Source: Saccostrea echinata
Taxonomy: Eukaryota
Direction of reading: 5' to 3'
Assembly: GCF_033153115.1 (NCBI RefSeq)
Contig: NW_026889753.1
Coordinates: 11,408,001 to 11,472,000, forward strand
DNA length: 64,000 nucleotides
Both the position numbers and the translations under genes were made by a program. The notes below the pieces were generated by a model, which saw only the letters and a list, made by a program, of their open reading frames with translations, did not search any database and had not been told where the DNA came from. Shown here in pieces: positions 61,201 to 64,000 of this stretch. Position 1 is the first letter of the stretch. The number at the start of each line of letters is the position of its first letter.

Positions 61201-63907
61201 TCTGATGGAATGCCTGACCATCCACACAGAGGCTTTGAGGCGGTTTGTTTAAAATAACTTGCACTTTTAGTAGAATATTAATTTCTCATAGTATCAAGAC
61301 ATACGTCTGTTTTATATATGCATCATACTAAACTAAGTTTCTTGGCAGTGTGAAATAATTTGAAACATTAGTAATTAGAATAAATGTATAGAATATGCCA
61401 ACATTTCCATGATAAAGTGGAGGGGGGGGGGGGGGGTATTGTGATCTTAGTTCCTGAAGTTATTTTGAAATTGATGGCTGCGTGGATAGATGCAAAGCAG
61501 CATTGCTATCCAAGTATTTCTAATATGCTCTTCTCTACCATGAATAAAGAAGGAAAAAGGCATATTGGACACACCTGACTGACTGCAGTATTCTCTGTGC
61601 CTCATGATGCACATATTGTCAAATGTGAACTTGGATTTTGGGTTGGATTGAATACTATATTTTAGTTATTAGTTCTAGCTGCTATCATTTAGCTTTTTAT
61701 CCTAAGTCAAGTTTTGTCCACATTGAAAATGGAACATGGAATTTCAGTTCTTAGATCCACATCCTTCTCTCTCTCTCTGACATAAGACATTTTAAGACGT
61801 TTGAAGTGCTTGATGCAGTACATTTTCTGCAGCTTCACTTCTGTGTTTTCTACACTGTACGATGTACATTTTGCAATAAATTCACATGAAGGGAACATTG
61901 AGCTTTTAGATTCAGAGTGTCAGTGGTCCAGTGAAAAATGAAAAGTCACAAAGTAATGGGAAACTGTGAACTTAACATGTAAGAAGTCAAAATCAATTTC
62001 ATTTTATATGATTTTTTTATCTGATGCAGGTCACCTATGTTTTGAAAGGAGGAATTGAATATGAGGATTCCTGTGGTCATAAAGGACTACTGCAACCTGG
62101 AGACTTACAGGTGAGTTACAGGTGAGTTAGCATGCTAAATGAACCAGCAAGAAAGATCAGTCACTGTGTTTAATGTACCTGTAATGAAAATTTACCCACA
62201 AGCCATACCAGTACTTTTTATATTTGATATCCCTGCAACAAGCTGTGAGAGAGAGGGGGAGTATACTGGAATCACTGTGTCCATCCACTCATTTTTCTGT
62301 CTGCCTTTATTTCTTTTAAGCTTATTGTTTAAGTTAGTTCATGAATTATCTCAATTAAGGGGTATTCAACTTCAGACCAAACTTGCAGATATGATGTTCA
62401 GTGCTTCATATGCTCCAGTATCTTAGGATTACCAGCCTTTAGGCCTGTGTCTGACTCCCAAGGGTTTCCAAACTATGCTTGCACAAGTGGTGGCTGTAAA
62501 TGTTTGTTAAGTCTGATGCTTGCAAAGGATGCTGTATCTGACCTACATTTACAATAGATTGGCTCCTCTTAACTTAAGGGAAGCAATGAGATCTTTTCCA
62601 GGCTGCTTATTTCAAAAGGTTATTCAAATTAAACTGATTGAGGCATATGGAGCTTCTAATTTACAGATAATGTTCTGATTTATATATGCATTGAATACAG
62701 CATCTGATCTACATTTTATGCTTGAGTGACCATGAATAAGTTCATTTACAGTCATTTGCTCTGTTTTTAGACGCAAGATCCAAACTAACCATTGTATTTG
62801 AGATATTTACCAAGAACCTATCAAACCTCCCACATTAGTTGAATTAAAAAAATGTCTCTCATAGAAATAACTAGAATTGGAGAAAATCTTTTTATCATCC
62901 TCGGTTGTAAAAGATTTTCATGGAGACATACAGTTCTTTGTGACCTTGTGTTATACATGTAGTGGATGACAGCTGGCAGAGGAATTGTCCATTGTGAAAT
63001 GCCACATGGAGAAGAAGAGGTCCACGGACTTCAGCTGTGGGTTAATTTAGCCAAGAAAGAAAAGATGGTGGAGCCAGCATTTCAGGAGCTGCTGGAAAAG
63101 GACATCCCAAGGACAACCAAAGATGGAGTCATGGTCAAGGTCCTTGCTGGGGAAGCATTTGGAATAAAGGTAATGAAATGACCCCTGCAATTCTTTTTTT
63201 TATCCAAAGATTAACAATTTTTTAATAAAATGAATATTTTCTGTACAGATATATGTGAATGGAAAACATTTATCCCAGCTATACTTTTTTTGTTATTCAA
63301 AACCATCAACAACAAAGGAAACTTAGTGGAGAATGCATTCTATGACCAAAATGTTGCCATGTGTATCTTTTATCCTGTATAATTTTTATAGTCTAAGATA
63401 TACACGCGTACACCTACAATGTATCTGGACTTTATACTGGACCCTGGATCTAAATTGGAACAGCCGATTCCAACTGGGTGGAGGTCTTTCTTGTACATCC
63501 TGTGCGGCAAGGCAAAGTTTGGTAGGTTGGTTCATGTAAGACACATATACACTGAAATCCAAAGAAACCTGACAAGATAGTTCACATAGAAACAGGAAAG
63601 CAAAATATTTGCATTGCAGTATAGAAAAAGAACCCGATAAATATTGTAACAGTACATTACTTTAATACCACTTCAAAATTAATGTACAAAAGCCATTTTC
63701 AAAATTATATACATGTATACACACAACAGGGATAAACATTTTTATATGGGAATAATTATTTGAGTGCTGTGGCCAATGAGCACATTGTTTTTTATATATC
63801 TAAATGTTGCTATGGTTACAGGTCCAGCAGGAAGTCAGGAGGAGCACGAGGCTCATCACATGGTGACCTTTGAGGACGATGGAGACAGTATACAAGTGGA
63901 GAACTCT
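58297..63907 (+). CDS. PIR: Pirin paralogue 2, coding exons 1-6 (3' end beyond window)
   Basis: Exons 58297-58389, 61150-61242, 62030-62110, 62963-63169, 63392-63521, 63822-63907. Exons 2-6 have the same sizes as in paralogue 1 (93, 81, 207, 130, 86). Motifs DPFLLFDEF, PDHPHRGFE, WMTAGRGIVHCEMP, GLQLWVNL. Confidence 0.92.
58401..58988. mobile_element. TIR element with TTTCGCGCC subterminal repeats just inside pirin 2 intron 1
   Basis: CGGGACGTTTCGCCCCA / TGGGGCGAACCGTCCCG. Confidence 0.8.
59277..59970. mobile_element. MITE with TTGAA flanking duplication, nested in a decayed HINE (about 59020-60250)
   Basis: CAGGTC...ACAATCTCTTGATTTAGCTATATAGC / GCTATATAGCTAAATCAAGAAATTGTGCTGGACCTG. Confidence 0.8.
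60291..61003. mobile_element. TIR element with internal repeats of about 31 bp containing TTAGGG
   Basis: TTTACTTTACCGGTCCCCAGA / TCTGGGGACTGGTAAAGTAAA. Confidence 0.8.
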
Positions 63908-64000
63908 GTAAGCTGATGATATTGAGTGTTAAATATTCATCACTCAGGGAGGGAGACACAAACAGAATATTTATATCACATTTAGTGGATTTGTTGAATC

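Overview
AT-rich, intron-containing animal genomic DNA. The repeat landscape (Helentron-derived HINE/pearl-type satellite carriers, Penelope-like RT relics, many MITEs) suggests a bivalve, probably an oyster; this is inference. Five protein-coding genes can be reconstructed from GT-AG junctions and reading phase. Two are + strand paralogues encoding arrays of MYND zinc fingers (6 and 7 fingers) fused to a conserved, uncharacterised beta-rich C-terminal domain (3607-7425 and 24804-29891). One is an intronless RING/B-box/B-box/coiled-coil/NHL-type TRIM gene on the - strand (33785-35752). Two are diverged pirin paralogues (47111-52631 complete; 58297 to beyond 64000, truncated by the window). The rest is nested non-autonomous DNA transposons, foldbacks and satellite arrays. 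The most notable signals are: the poly-MYND family growing by symmetric phase-1 exon duplication; repeated local duplications of exon ends and splice donors in four of the five genes; a MITE inserted between branch point and acceptor; and a templated inverted insertion. No prokaryotic features, rRNA, tRNA or CRISPR array are supported.
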